Shown here: one piece after another, positions 26,796 to 38,848 of the stretch
How the letters are laid out: each line of letters opens with the position of its first letter
Numbering within the stretch: position 1 is the first letter of the stretch
Assembly (NCBI RefSeq): GCF_000485595.1
Contig: NW_014577081.1
Coordinates: forward strand, 347,994 to 411,993
Source of the DNA: Priapulus caudatus
Taxonomy: Eukaryota
Direction of reading: 5' to 3'
Length of the DNA stretch: 64,000 nucleotides
Notes under the pieces: model-generated
Told to the model about the DNA's origin: nothing
Databases searched by the model: none
The model's input: only the letters and a program-made list of their open reading frames with translations
Program-made: the position numbers and the translations under genes

Positions 26796-27932
26796 TCTTA
26801 TTTAATTGTGCGCCTATATTACATCTTAATGAGCTAAACCAATTGCAAGGCCTGCTTTCCCATGAGAGCATACAGAAAGGTGCATTCGTATGTATAACGT
26901 GACCAGTACCCCCAATGGTCAGTCCTCATCGCAACTATTCGCCAAACAATGCCGATGCTGCAGCAATCTAGATGATCGGCAGCCCGGATCTTGCGCGAAG
27001 CGCGAAAAACGCCACATAGCGGTACACTAACACAACAACGCTGCCCTCATTGAATAGCAATTTACACGGGTTTACTATATAGCAAGTATGCGGGAAGTTC
27101 GCTGAATTGAGCAGTTCTGGCGATTGCACGACGGGTTTGACTACCCACGTACCTAGACATTTGCTACAAATGGTCGTAATGGTTCGCTACTCGGCGCGCT
27201 TGGTTTGCTGTAAAAAACGGAGTTAAACTTTGTTGTTTGTTTGTTTTTGTTCATCAGTGTAGTACATATGGCGTGCGATAGATGGTGCAACAAGGCTATA
27301 TGCATAGCATGGGCGTAGGACTTTGCCTGCAGACAGCTCGGCCGGCTATAACCTAGACTCGTACTCGGTCGACAGTTCCACACGCTACACTAACTAACTT
27401 CAGTGTAGCGAAGGATACTTGCCGGAGTGAAGGTGGCGAACGGGTACCAGTCTAGAAAGCCAACTGGAAACAAAAACTCAGTCTGAAATGGAAACTAGCC
27501 TACGTTACTGTGAGTGTTATATATATAACATTTCATTATAGCCTTCTGTTCATTGAGTCCATATTGCACAAAGCTGAGAAATGGTGTTCATTCGTTGTAA
27601 TTCATGTTTTGTTTGCAACTAGCTGTAACTCTATACAACATTGACGATATTTGTGTGGTAATTGACGTCTGCCTTGACGGACCATTTCGCGGGTGCTGAA
27701 GTATGCGGTTAGTGAATGATGAAGTATTGGGTAGGCCTATTCTTCCGTATGCATTATTTCTGTGTTCTGATTTTCCTGGTGGGGCATGTCATCGCGCAAT
27801 GTGTGACAATTGAACGACCGTGCAATGTAAAGCATATAGAGTCCTAGCATATAACAGCATATATTGCGATGTATTTGTAACCGTTTATTCCATTTACCTC
27901 ACCAGCCTTATTAGCTCCAAGAAACGGTATTG

Positions 27933-28080
27933 CTAGGGTTAGAATACCTATTGTAGAATACCTAATTGTATACCTAGGGTTAGAATACCTAATTGTATAC
28001 CTAGGGTTAGAATACCTAATTGTATACCTAGGGTTAGAATACCTAATTGTATACCTAGGGTTAGAATACCTAATTGTATA
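27933..28080. repeat. 27-bp minisatellite
   Basis: Unit cctagggttagaatacctaattgtata. Confidence 0.95.
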
Positions 28081-28959
28081 TTGACGGCAGTCACAGCCTG
28101 ATCGGGTTACATCCTTATAAGCAGTAAGGAAATACCGCTGTTCTTCATGGTTCGATGGTTTCTTTGTGTGTTATACTTGTAACTGTCTCAGCAGACTTTG
28201 CCTTTGCTGGCTCATGTACAGCTGGCTGTACAGTTATACATTCTCCGGCAGTCATATATGCGCCGTTCAGCAATATAAGTCTAACTACGCGTGCCAAATA
28301 TCATCCAAATCGATAATATTGACGAAGTTGGTCATTGTGTGCAGAACATCACGTTACATGAAGAACTTCAGGCAAAACAACGTCGCCGACATCTTCAACA
28401 TGACGGCTGTCAACAGTTCCCTTCAACACGACGTAGGTACTGCTGTCATGACGTTCTGTAGCAGCACAGCCGAGCAATACGCAGAGGAATCAGTTCGATG
28501 TTACGTATAGCCACATAATGCGCATACTCTCTCGTACAACATTGTCATCCATATCTTCATGCAATCATGGTGCGATCTCTCTGATGTTCACATATCAAGT
28601 GTTACATAGGACAGGCATCATGGGGCGCTGTACAACTTATAGTGAAAACGCCTAAGACCACACGGAAATGGGACCACCGTGAAATCAAATCCTTCCACGT
28701 CCGTGCGCCGACCTATGCATTTGGCGCATGGATCCATAGCTGCCAGCGCTGCATACTGTCGTAGGACGTTCCCACGGTCGCGTGCACCTTGCCGCGGAAC
28801 TGCGCGCAAGATCCGCGCTCAGCAGTTAGGATCAACACCTCCTTTCGGCAACACTTCTCTGGTATCCCGTCTCATCTGGATCTGTTTAGCAGAGAATTAT
28901 TCTCTATAGAACTGTTTTCACGATTCAGTAACCTGCGTGTATTTGTGATTGTATGAGAT

Positions 28960-29502
28960 ATTTACGTCCGCCAAGGGGTTGGCAGGAGGTTATGTTTTCA
29001 CTGGCGTTTGTTGGTTTGTGGCTTTGTGCGTTTCTTTGTTTGTGTACGCCTAACTGAAAAGGTTATGGACGGATTGTCATAAAATGTTCAGAATAGCTCA
29101 GAAATGGGCTAACTTAGAATTGATTAGGTTTTGGTGGTGATCCGGATCCAATTAATTAATTAATTAATTAATTAATTAATTAAATTTTCAGGATAGGTCA
29201 GAAATGGGGTAACTTAGAAGTCATACAATTTTGGTGGTGATCCGGATCCAATTAATTAATTAATTAATGAAATTTTTAGGATACGTCAGAAATGGGGTAA
29301 CTTAGAATTCATACAATTTTAGTGGTGATCCGGATCCAATTAATTAATTAATTAATAAAATTTTCAGGATACGTCAGAAATGCGGTAACTTAGAATTCAT
29401 GAAATTTTGGTGGTGATCCGGATCCAATTAATTAATAAAAATTTTCACAGTGAGAGAATTGAGCTGCCTTGGCAGAGGTCTGCGCTCTCCGAGTGCTCTA
29501 GT
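28960..29502 (+). mobile_element. Helentron-associated interspersed element (HINE/DINE-like)
   Basis: 5' subTIR tccgccaagg, ggaggttatgttttc, short microsatellite, four ~90-bp internal repeats, 3' subTIR ccttggcaga, hairpin gcgctctccgagtgc, ctagttt end. Confidence 0.82.
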
Positions 29503-30256
29503 TTATAATGCAATTGAATTGTGATTAATTAATGGACGCACATATGTTATGGCCTGTTCGCGGCCGAGTCAAGTTGTGCATTATAAACGCCCTAATACTG
29601 AAACCCGTATGATAGGAGATTGGGTAGTGAAACCCTTATGATAGGGAGGTGGGTAGTGAAACCTATATGATAAGAGCACGCGTAGGGAAACCTTTTATTG
29701 AAAGAGCTAGCCAGTTGAACAGCCAGTGTTGTTGGAGCCAGTTTATTTAAGCCATAGGCAGTGGCGTGACACGTTCTGTATCATAATTGAATTCGGTCTC
29801 CGCGTTCACACAGATTCTGGCTTTTATATCGGCCCCGAGTGACTGAGCGTTTAGTGGGCTGTCAATCACGCTCCGTTAGTTTCCAATAGTTTGGATTTAA
29901 TCAAAAATGCTGCTAATTTTGCAACGGCTGCACGCTTCCATTCCAATTAGATACAGACGATACTCGACCGGGAAGCTGCGAGCTGCTATGATGAATATAT
30001 CAGTTAAGCTATTATTTATGACAGCCTTTCCGCTTGAGTTTGGCTTTACCACGCACAACGTAAATTTATATGGGGGATCTAAACCAACGACGCGTTTTAG
30101 AAGCATATGTGTAGCATATGTGTGCCTATATGTGTTTTATGATATTCCGTGACCAGTCATTGAGGCAAATGACATACCAGAGATGTTACATGAGAGGTTC
30201 TTACAGTGGAGCTGATCGTGTTGTTTCTGTCTATCTATGGAGCAGTGACCGAGTAA

Positions 30257-30306
<50 letters not shown>

Positions 30307-31499
30307 CGCGCGCGTGTGCGCGTGCGCGTGCGCGTGTGTGTGTGCGTGTGTTCACGCGTGCGTGCATGCGTGCGTGCGAGCGTGGCTATGAATGCACATG
30401 GCTTCGTGCATGCGTTGTTACGGACAGCGATATTATGCGTGGGATTCAGAGCAATTACACTATCGTCTGCAGCAAAAGTATCATTAGCTAGTGTGTATCG
30501 GTGCCCCACAGACATCGTTTTTTATCCGAACGTGTCTCTGTGGACGTTGCTTGCGGCAGGAATACTGGAAGCGACGTCTATAAACGCGACGATATCTGGC
30601 GCGCCATATATTATGTCTGCTGTACATATAGAGAGATAGCTGACTTGATCTTTCGCTACCCCTTCACCCTTCAAAATAATGTTTTCTGCATCATTGTATT
30701 TTTTCAAATTATGGTGATAAATAATTTTTTTTGAATTTGAATTTAATTTGATTTATAACTAGCTGCTTGCATGGCGGCTTCACCAGTGTAGCGAGTCGCC
30801 AGCACCGTGAGAGCGCGTGCGCTATTGTCTCGGCGATGCTGACGACTCGCTGCCTAAACACAAATCGCTGCCAGTCTCCTGTCTCCTGTCTCTGTCTCTG
30901 TCTCTGCTAGTTGGTTGTGACTGCGATCTCGCGTAGATTTCCTTCATACGTACGTCGTGCGGCGGCTGGCGGCGACCCCACGCCGACACTCTATGTGTGT
31001 CACTATCTCTCTCTCTCGTTCGGTTTCTCTCCCTCTCATCACTTTCTTTTGATAATACTCGCCGCTTCGTTACATGCGTTAATTGAAAGTGAATTGTTTT
31101 GCATTGACCTTGATGGAAACCGCACGCCGGCGGTTTATTGTGTCAGGAGCAAGTTTCGAATGCGCCGTCGAATCGTTAATAGTCGTACTGTAAATTTAAA
31201 CGATGCTGCGATTTATTTCCGCGAATTGGAGGTCTAAAATGAGATGTTTTTAGCTTGTGTCTGTTTGTATTAGATTGTTTTATGTCGAACGGCCGCGGTG
31301 TGTGCACTCGGCGGCTGTTACATGAGATAGTGGCAGTGGCACGTTCTTGCCACGCCGTTTGATGTAAATGCTTTCATAACAGGAATGTTAAAATGTTTAC
31401 ACAATGACTGCTAAATTGGAACTCTGTCTTCCGTCTGTGAGGATTCACTTTACCGCAAGCGGCGCTACAAAAAAACCATACATCTCAACATCGTTGGCT

Positions 31500-31752
31500 T
31501 CAACATGGCTGAGGGTTGAAGCTGAGGCTACAGCATGGCTGATGGTGGAAGCTGAGTCTACAGCATGGCTGATGGTGGAAGCTGAGTCTACAGCATGGCT
31601 GATGGTGGAAGCTGAGGTTACAGCATGGCTGATGATGGAAGCTGAGGCTACAGCATGGCTGATGATGGAAGCTGAGGCTACAGCATGGCTGATGATGGAA
31701 GCTGAGGCTACAGCATGGCTGATGATGGAAGCTGAGGCTACAGCATGGAAGC
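31500..31752. repeat. 30-bp minisatellite, about 8 copies
   Basis: Unit ggctgatgatggaagctgaggctacagcat. Confidence 0.95.
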
Positions 31753-31969
31753 TGGAGCGGAGGGGGTTTCTGCACCTGCAAATTGCGTATAGATGTCTGT
31801 AGTTTGATGCCGACGACGCGGCGCGATGTTCGCTCGCGTGCAGTGCTTCGGTGCTCGTGCCATGCTCTCGTGCGCCGTCTCCGTATGCGCTGATCCCGCC
31901 CCGCGCTCCTGATTGTCATGTCTGTCGACCCCTGCGCCCGTCCGCCCGCCCACCCTGCCGCATTTCTAG

Positions 31970-32002
31970 TGATTTCTAGGATCGGCACAGCTGCGTTGGA
32001 TG
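31970..32002 (+). CDS. PMCA: Candidate 33-nt alternative micro-exon at PMCA site A (VISRIGTAALD)
   Basis: About 125 nt of AG-free, pyrimidine-rich sequence ending in tttctag; phase 1/1, no stop; weak G|gttgat donor. Confidence 0.3.
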
Positions 32003-32152
32003 GTTGATTACGTTTAATAATGCACGCTCGCGCGCACCACTCCCCTTCCCCTCCCACGTCATCATCTGCCTTTTCTGATAGGAATCTATATGTGCCGCAC
32101 TGGTCATAAATTGCTGACCGGTATGTTCCTACGTTGTTGTGGTTGATGGTGG

Positions 32153-32219
<67 letters not shown>

Positions 32220-32256
32220 GACCTGTGCTGCTGCTGCTGCTGCTACTACTACTGCT
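32153..32256. repeat. (GAT)n followed by (GCT/ACT)n microsatellites
   Basis: Direct inspection. Confidence 0.95.
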
Positions 32257-32785
32257 ACCGGCAGTACGGCGAAAGGGGGATTATATATACAGTGCTGATG
32301 CTCTCGCTTGCAGGACAGTGGGAGGAGAGAGGCTAAATGGGAATATGCTATTGCTGCTGATGCTGCTAACAACAGCACACTGAACGAGTCAATGACGATA
32401 CATAATGATAGTCAATTTCTGCGCATGATAATGACAAATCCAGCGCGTTTCTCTCCCTCCGTGACTTCTTACAATGCTTGTTCTGTTGTTGCTGCCCGGC
32501 TGATTTTTTTCTCGAAAAAACACTGACTGCACTCTCTCCCCGGTTTTGTGCTTTGAATTTTCGTGGTGCTAATGCCCTTACCTCCCCGAATGCTATTTCT
32601 GCTCGACGCTTACCCTCTCAAGGTTTCAAGAACTGTATCTAGACTGCCAGCCCTCCTCCTCACTGACGCAACGCCCTCGGAGTACGTGCCCCGTGCTCTA
32701 CTGTGTGTCATTCACCATATCTCCTACCTTTTGTACATGTCACTAATCAGCTGGTATCGTTTCTATTGTTTGGCATGCTGAGCAG

Positions 32786-32827
32786 GTAGAAAGAACAAAC
32801 CCAAAACCCAGCTGGATGTTGCAAAAG
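32786..32827 (+). CDS. PMCA: Candidate 42-nt alternative micro-exon at PMCA site A (GRKNKPKTQLDVAK)
   Basis: cag acceptor, AAG|gtgatt donor, phase 1/1, frame-preserving, CACTAAT branch-like motif upstream, TGCATG downstream. Confidence 0.55.
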
Positions 32828-33420
32828 GTGATTACAATTTTTTTCTCTGTCGCCGTTGCATGGATGTTAGAGAGAGACAGAGAGCCTGTCCTGAGAGTGA
32901 CTTTCACCCTAAACGCATGCCTACAGTTGCCATCGTGGTTGTGCTTGCCATTACGATATTACTTGCCATCACATTGTCGTAGCCATGGTGATTGTCACAA
33001 TGTTGATGCTTCGAGACGTCTTGTAGATTCGAAGGTGTTCCACTTATTTAGTCTATCTTTAAATTATCCTTGATTAACACTCTTAAGCTATCACTATTTA
33101 AAAAATTATTTACAAGTAAACTGGCATGTATTAGCTAAATAGCGTAACGTTAGTCAATCCGATATACACCAACAATAATTAATAATCTATTACTTATTTT
33201 ATTGACATGACTGTCTTAATAGCACAGTTAAGTCAGATGCTGTAGCTAAAAATACTGCCCTATTAGGTTGAAAACGTCTACACACGCTGCGTAAGCATAT
33301 ATACAAACGCGCCTAATTAGTTGCGTTTAACTAATTAGTAACGTATAAACATTCACTACTAATTAGTGGATGCATTTGTATTGGTTTGTTCGTTGGCAGT
33401 GAATTGATACGAGAAGTGAT

Positions 33421-33680
33421 GCTCATAGGGTCTATGTCCCCCAGGGTACTGCCGGAACATACCCTGGGTACGGTTCGATATACCGGAACGTACCCTGGTA
33501 ACTATTTGATATGGTTAGGGTTACGGTTAGGGAGTAGGCGTAGGCGACTCCCTAGACTCGTTAGTGGAGTAGGCGAGGTACGGTCCGACATATTAGATAG
33601 TACCAGGGTACGTTCCGGTATACCGGACCGTACCCAGGGTACGTTCCGGCAGTATCCTGGGGGACATAGACCCTCTCAGC
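33421..33680 (-). mobile_element. MITE family 1, copy 3 (opposite orientation, TTAGGG-like core)
   Basis: Same TIRs; 9-bp TSD agaagtgat/aaaagtgat. Confidence 0.9.
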
Positions 33681-34898
33681 AAAAGTGATCGCTGCCTGTC
33701 TTACAATGCATCGCGCAGTTGAATAAGCTTTGATTAGTTGATTCACGTTCCGATGTTTTGTCCAGCTAACGATGTACCATAGCGAGTTGCACGCATGAAC
33801 GTTATAATAATCTATCTAGGATATATGGTATATATATGATAACCTGTGCAGTTTTTGATGGGAATGATTCACATGGCGTTCGTATTGTATCATTGATTTA
33901 ATTGCAAAAAATGTTTATCATGCATGTGAATTTCACTCAGTTATGCTCTTCGAAATTAACTTGCGTGTATATTGTTTGTGTTTAACGTATCTGTGACGTA
34001 ATTTGCTCTTGACGTGAATTAGCGAGGCGTCCAGCAGCGCCGGCTGCTGCGAAACGCGGCATCTCGAGAATGCTAGACGAATTTTTGTTTCCATTAATGC
34101 TTGCTTCACTTGTATCGTGTGATTGCGTCTGTCGGTTACGTGTATAGTTTTCGTTCAGAATGATTGCGACGTCACGTGAATGTTATATATGCACGCTGCA
34201 ACGTCGTTATATCATATGGCGTGCAGCGTTGCAGCGTGTCCCCTCGTGCTGTCAGTCTCTGCGTGTCATGTGTGTCTGTCTGTGACCTCTCCTTGCTCGC
34301 GTTCCCGTGCTTGCAAGCCTACACGTGGGCCGTTTCAATAATGAAATGGTGGTAAATAAACATATACTGTATTTACTACCAACATGCTAATGTTTATTAC
34401 TCTCTATCGCCTGATAACTCCGCTTAAATGTCATTCAAATGTTCCTCTAAAACTTACAAGCTCACATCACGTATGACAATGTGCACAGACTCACAGTAGA
34501 TGTATCTATCGTTGTTATTAGGCGAGAGGGTTATAAACATTAAGATTTTGGGAGTAAATACAATTTTTTGTTTATTTACCATAATTTTATTATTAAAACG
34601 TCTCAAGTGGCTGCACTAGGTGCACTGCTGGCTAGGGGGCCGTGTGCTTCAGTGTACGTGGGTGTGTGTGTGTGTGTGCGTGCGTGCGTGTGTGCGCGCA
34701 CGCGTGCTTTTGTTCGTGATGGGTCTGTGATTGAAAGCAGTATAGGTGTAGATTAAATAGATGAGCATGCGGCCCCCCCCCCCAACACTGGTAACAGCCT
34801 AAATGGCGGTCAGCCCTTACACGCACTCCTCCCCACGCCCTCCTTCCATCGTCGCGGCAGCGTACTGATGGTGCTGCCCCTGGTGTCCTGTGTTGTAG

Positions 34899-35123
34899 AT
34901 GCTGCCTCGGCCGAGGAAGGCATGCAGTTGAACGAGGTTGCTGCGGGCCAGCCGAACCACGCCGACAAGCAGCACAACCCCGACAACAACCTGAAGGACA
35001 AGGAGCCGACGCCGCCGCCGCCGCCAAAGAAACAGGCTGTAGCAGACGAAGGAGCGGACAAGAAGGACAAGTCGGTGCTGCAAGCAAAACTCACCAAGCT
35101 AGCCATCCAGATCGGTTACTTCG
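34899..35123 (+). CDS. PMCA: PMCA exon D (DAASAEEG...KSVLQAKLTKLAIQIGYF)
   Basis: tgttgtag acceptor, G|gtaaga donor, conserved KSVLQAKLTKLAIQIG. Confidence 0.92.
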
Positions 35124-36200
35124 GTAAGAACAGATCGCTGCGGTGGATACTCGGGTGCCAGGCACGCGCCCCTGGTGTACTGTATTTGGGTATATAACCT
35201 GTACAAACGTAGCTGCTGTGTACTGTAATGTCACATTTTCACATGCTGGTATAAGCACACCTGCAGTTCATTGTAATGTGCAGGTATGTGCACACCTGTA
35301 GTATACTGTTACTTACAGGTATACACGCACTTGAGGTATATTGTTACTTACAGGTATGGGTACACCTGCGGTATAGTGTAATGTAGAGGCATGTACGCAC
35401 ATGTGGTATATTGTTACATACAGGTATGAGCACACCTGCTGTATAGTGTAATGTAGCACATACGCATATGTGGCATGTACGCACATGTGGTATATTGTTA
35501 CATGCACACCTGTGGTATATGTACGGGTATTTGCGTACCTGCGGTATACTGTTATTTACAGGTATGTTCATACCTGCAGGTAGCAATGTAACCATGGTAA
35601 CCACACACATCCCAAACACGGCTGTCAAAACGCAGCAACCAGCAACCAAACACAGCAACCAAACACGGTAATCACAGGTGATGCAGCCTGTCTGATCCCA
35701 ACAGCAGACATTACGGTCTGCGTGTTTTGCATATCTAGTCATGTACAGAATCTTCACGGACAATAAATGATTGGTTAAATTCCCAAGAGCATCTACAATC
35801 TTGACAATATCACTGCATCCACCATTTCGTAAAAATTATATCCATTTGTTACAGTAGTAATATCGTCTGAGTTGTCATGCACAGTCGTAGGCATGTCATA
35901 TGGCATCGACTTCTCATCCGGTTGAATGTTCAGCTAAGCCAAAATAACATCAACTATCAGAAACATTTACAAATGTGGAGATACACATATAAACAACTGG
36001 CAGCGGCCGGTGTTCTTGTGATTGGTGATGTTTGTGTATAATTAGCTGTGTTATCAAGGAACTGTTGCAAAAATACTCCGCAAAGCATATCTACTAAATA
36101 AGTAACTGCAAGTCAAAACTGACGTGCATTACGCCATAGATGTTGCGTTGCCGTGGGTAACTATGACAACAGACAGCAGTGTGTGCTCTACGTTCTGCAG

Positions 36201-36403
36201 GCTCTGCGGTTGCTATACTCACGGTCGTCATGCTCGTCGTCAGCTTCTCGATCGAAACATTTGTCTTCGACAAGAAACCGTGGTCTGGCTTCTACGCCAA
36301 CTACTTTGTCAAGTTCTTCATTATCGGTGTCACAGTGCTGGTCGTAGCTGTACCGGAGGGTCTTCCATTGGCGGTCACCCTGTCATTAGCTTATTCAGTA
36401 AAG
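36201..36403 (+). CDS. PMCA: PMCA exon E (TM3-TM4, [18 protein letters not shown])
   Basis: ttctgcag acceptor, AAG|gtatgt donor, PEGL ion-binding motif. Confidence 0.96.
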
Positions 36404-36680
36404 GTATGTTGCACACCCTGTCTCATCTTGCTTAGTCAAGCTACGTTGTCACACCCTTACTATATAGCTTACCTTATTCATTAAAGATGTGTTATTACAC
36501 CGTGTCATTAACTTCATTTTCGGTAAACGTCCGCAGCCACTGAAAATTCCGTTTCTTAACCATTAGAGACTTAGAAGTTTTCATCTGTTGTTTTCATCGT
36601 ATATGTGAAAAACTGCTCGGAAAGCGCGCGCGAGTTCACACGTGTACTCGCTCGGCATGTGTAGTCAGCTGCTGCTCACC

Positions 36681-36810
36681 CATGTCTGTCACACATATAT
36701 CTGTCACACATGTATCTGTCACACATATATCTGTCACACATGTATCTGTCACACATGTATCTGTCACACATGTATCTGTCACACATGTATCTGTCACACA
36801 TATATCTGTC
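36681..36810. repeat. 15-bp minisatellite abutting the exon F acceptor
   Basis: Unit tatctgtcacacat(a/g), about 8 copies. Confidence 0.95.
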
Positions 36811-36823
36811 TCGTTCTGCACAG

Positions 36824-36959
36824 AAAATGATGAAGGACAACAACCTGGTGAGGCATCTCGATGCCTGCGAGACGATGGGCAACGCGACGGCCATCTGCTC
36901 GGACAAAACGGGTACACTGACCACCAACCGCATGACTGTAGTGTCCACCTACATCGCAG
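36824..36959 (+). CDS. PMCA: PMCA exon F (catalytic phosphorylation motif DKTGT at 36902-36916)
   Basis: [40 protein letters not shown]; cag acceptor, G|gtaggc donor. Confidence 0.97.
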
Positions 36960-37999
36960 GTAGGCATGGGGGCGGGGGCGGGAGCGGGGCGGGGGCGGGG
37001 CGGGATGGCGTACACTGACCACCAACCGCATGACCGTAGTCGCCACCTACATCGCAGGTAGGCATGGGGCGGGGGCAGAGGCGGGGCGGGGTGGGTGGTG
37101 GTGGGTACACTCACCACTACCCGCATGACCGTAGTGGCGACCTACATCGCAGGTAGGTAGCGGAGCGTGGGGTCGGGGAGGTGGGGTGGAGTCAGGTGGG
37201 CTAGCTGTGGGAGAGGCGAAGTGAGGTGTGGCAGGATGGGATCGGGTGGATGAGGTGGGGGGATGTGGTGGGTGGGGCGTGGTGGGGCGTGGTGGAGTTG
37301 GGTGGGTGAGTAGGGTGTAGCGGGTCAGGCTGGGGCAAAGTGTAGCATTATAGAACAGGGTGGGGTACACACGCCACCTATACCCTAAGTTATTTCTTTC
37401 ATATTTGTTCCGTCATGGCAGCGTTTCTCCTTAACGCTGCCAGTGTACATACAAGTGCTACTGAGCACACAAGTGCTCTGAAGCTGTAGTAGTGTGGCCT
37501 GTACGTGCCCTCTTATCTTTCAGCGTTTTGTGGGGTTTATTGATTGGGATTGCCGTCTTTCGTAAGTATTTCGTTTCAGGTTCATGTGTTCTTAATGGTA
37601 CGCGTTCAGGTTCACATTTCGTAGGTTAAAGAACACTATGTAATTTCACTGCGTGATGTGCACATATATACTTATATATACATGTGTGTGTGTGTGTGCG
37701 TGCGTGCGTGCGTGTGCGTGTGCGTGTGCATGTGCGTGTGCACGTGCGCATGCGCGTGTGCGTGTGTTTGTGTCAATATATGTGTGCGTGCGTGCGTGTG
37801 CGTGCGTAGAAATGCTGTAAATATTCAGCGTGAATGAACGACTGACGTACAAATGTAGTCTGACCGGCTGCAAGACCAAGGTCATTACAACGTCTTTAGT
37901 TCGTCTTCGATCGTTTCTTGACGGCAATACACATGCAGACTGCATGGGCGCACATGCGTAAAATCACGGACATTCATTGACATGCGTCTGACACATACA

Positions 38000-38556
38000 C
38001 ATGGCTCGCACAGTCCTTGAAAACTCCTTGAATTTGAGGGGAGTCCTTGAAAAGTACTTGAATTTAGTAAATGTTGATTTTGTGCTTGAAAAGTCCTTGA
38101 ATTTCATGAAAATGTCCTTGAATTTAGTAAATGTTGATTTTGTGCTTGAAAAGTCCTTGAATTTCATGAAAATGTCCTTGAATTTTTAGAAAGAATCTTT
38201 GCCTGTAATAAAAAGAAATTTTGTACCATTAATAATGTGCAATAAAAATTGCATTAAATGAGCTTAAAAAGCTATAGACAGTTATATGATTATCACAAAT
38301 TACAGTAAGTCAGTAAAATCAGTCAGTAAATCAAGGTATGTTGTAGAAGTGACAGTGTTTAGAAGGGTTTATTAATGTGATCCAGGTAAGGTTTAGAGGT
38401 GACAGTGATTAAGAATGGGGTTATTAAATTAATCCAGGTATGTTTTGTTCTGTGTATGAATTCCGATAAAATTTCTGATAAAATGTCCTTGAATTTCCGA
38501 TAAAATGTCCTTGAAAAGTCCTTGAAAAAATGTTCAGTCCTCCTGTATGAACCATG
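38000..38556. mobile_element. hAT-like MITE with gtccttgaa subterminal repeats
   Basis: CATGGCTCGCACAG ... CTGTATGAACCATG imperfect TIRs; 60-bp internal tandem duplication; TSD unclear. Confidence 0.65.
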
Positions 38557-38738
38557 ATACATAACTCATACGTCTCATCAAGAACGCATAAGCTGGGTGA
38601 TAGTTCACGTGCTCTTTATCTCGCACACGCAGACGTTCATGCACGCACGCGCGCGTGCACGCGCACGCATACACACCCGCGCGCATGCACGCAAAGAACG
38701 CCCACTGACACGATATATACGATGTGCTTGTCTTGCAG

Positions 38739-38848
38739 GGCAATATGCGAAGGAGGAGCTGCCCAGCTATGAGTGCTTGCCTGCTAACACCGCGCAGCTG
38801 TTGGTGCAGGGTATTGCACTCAACAGTGGCTACACATCGAAGATAATG
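38739..38848 (+). CDS. PMCA: PMCA exon G, copy 1
   Basis: LLVQGIALNSGYTSKIM; tcttgcag acceptor, ATG|gtacac donor; phases fit the neighbouring exons. Confidence 0.9.

Noticed and set aside
28166..28510. 114-aa ORF in unique intronic sequence
   Set aside because: No recognisable domain or convincing splice sites
31404..32378. EAEATAWLMM repeat ORF and the antisense poly-Ile ORF
   Set aside because: Explained by the 30-bp minisatellite and (GAT)n
32314..32410. Third site-A exon candidate (DSGRREAKWEYAIAADAANNSTLN...), loosely like the PMCA2 60-nt insert as I recall it
   Set aside because: That reading needs a phase-0 acceptor; the required phase 1 hits TAA after six codons, and the gtcaat donors are weak and not frame-preserving
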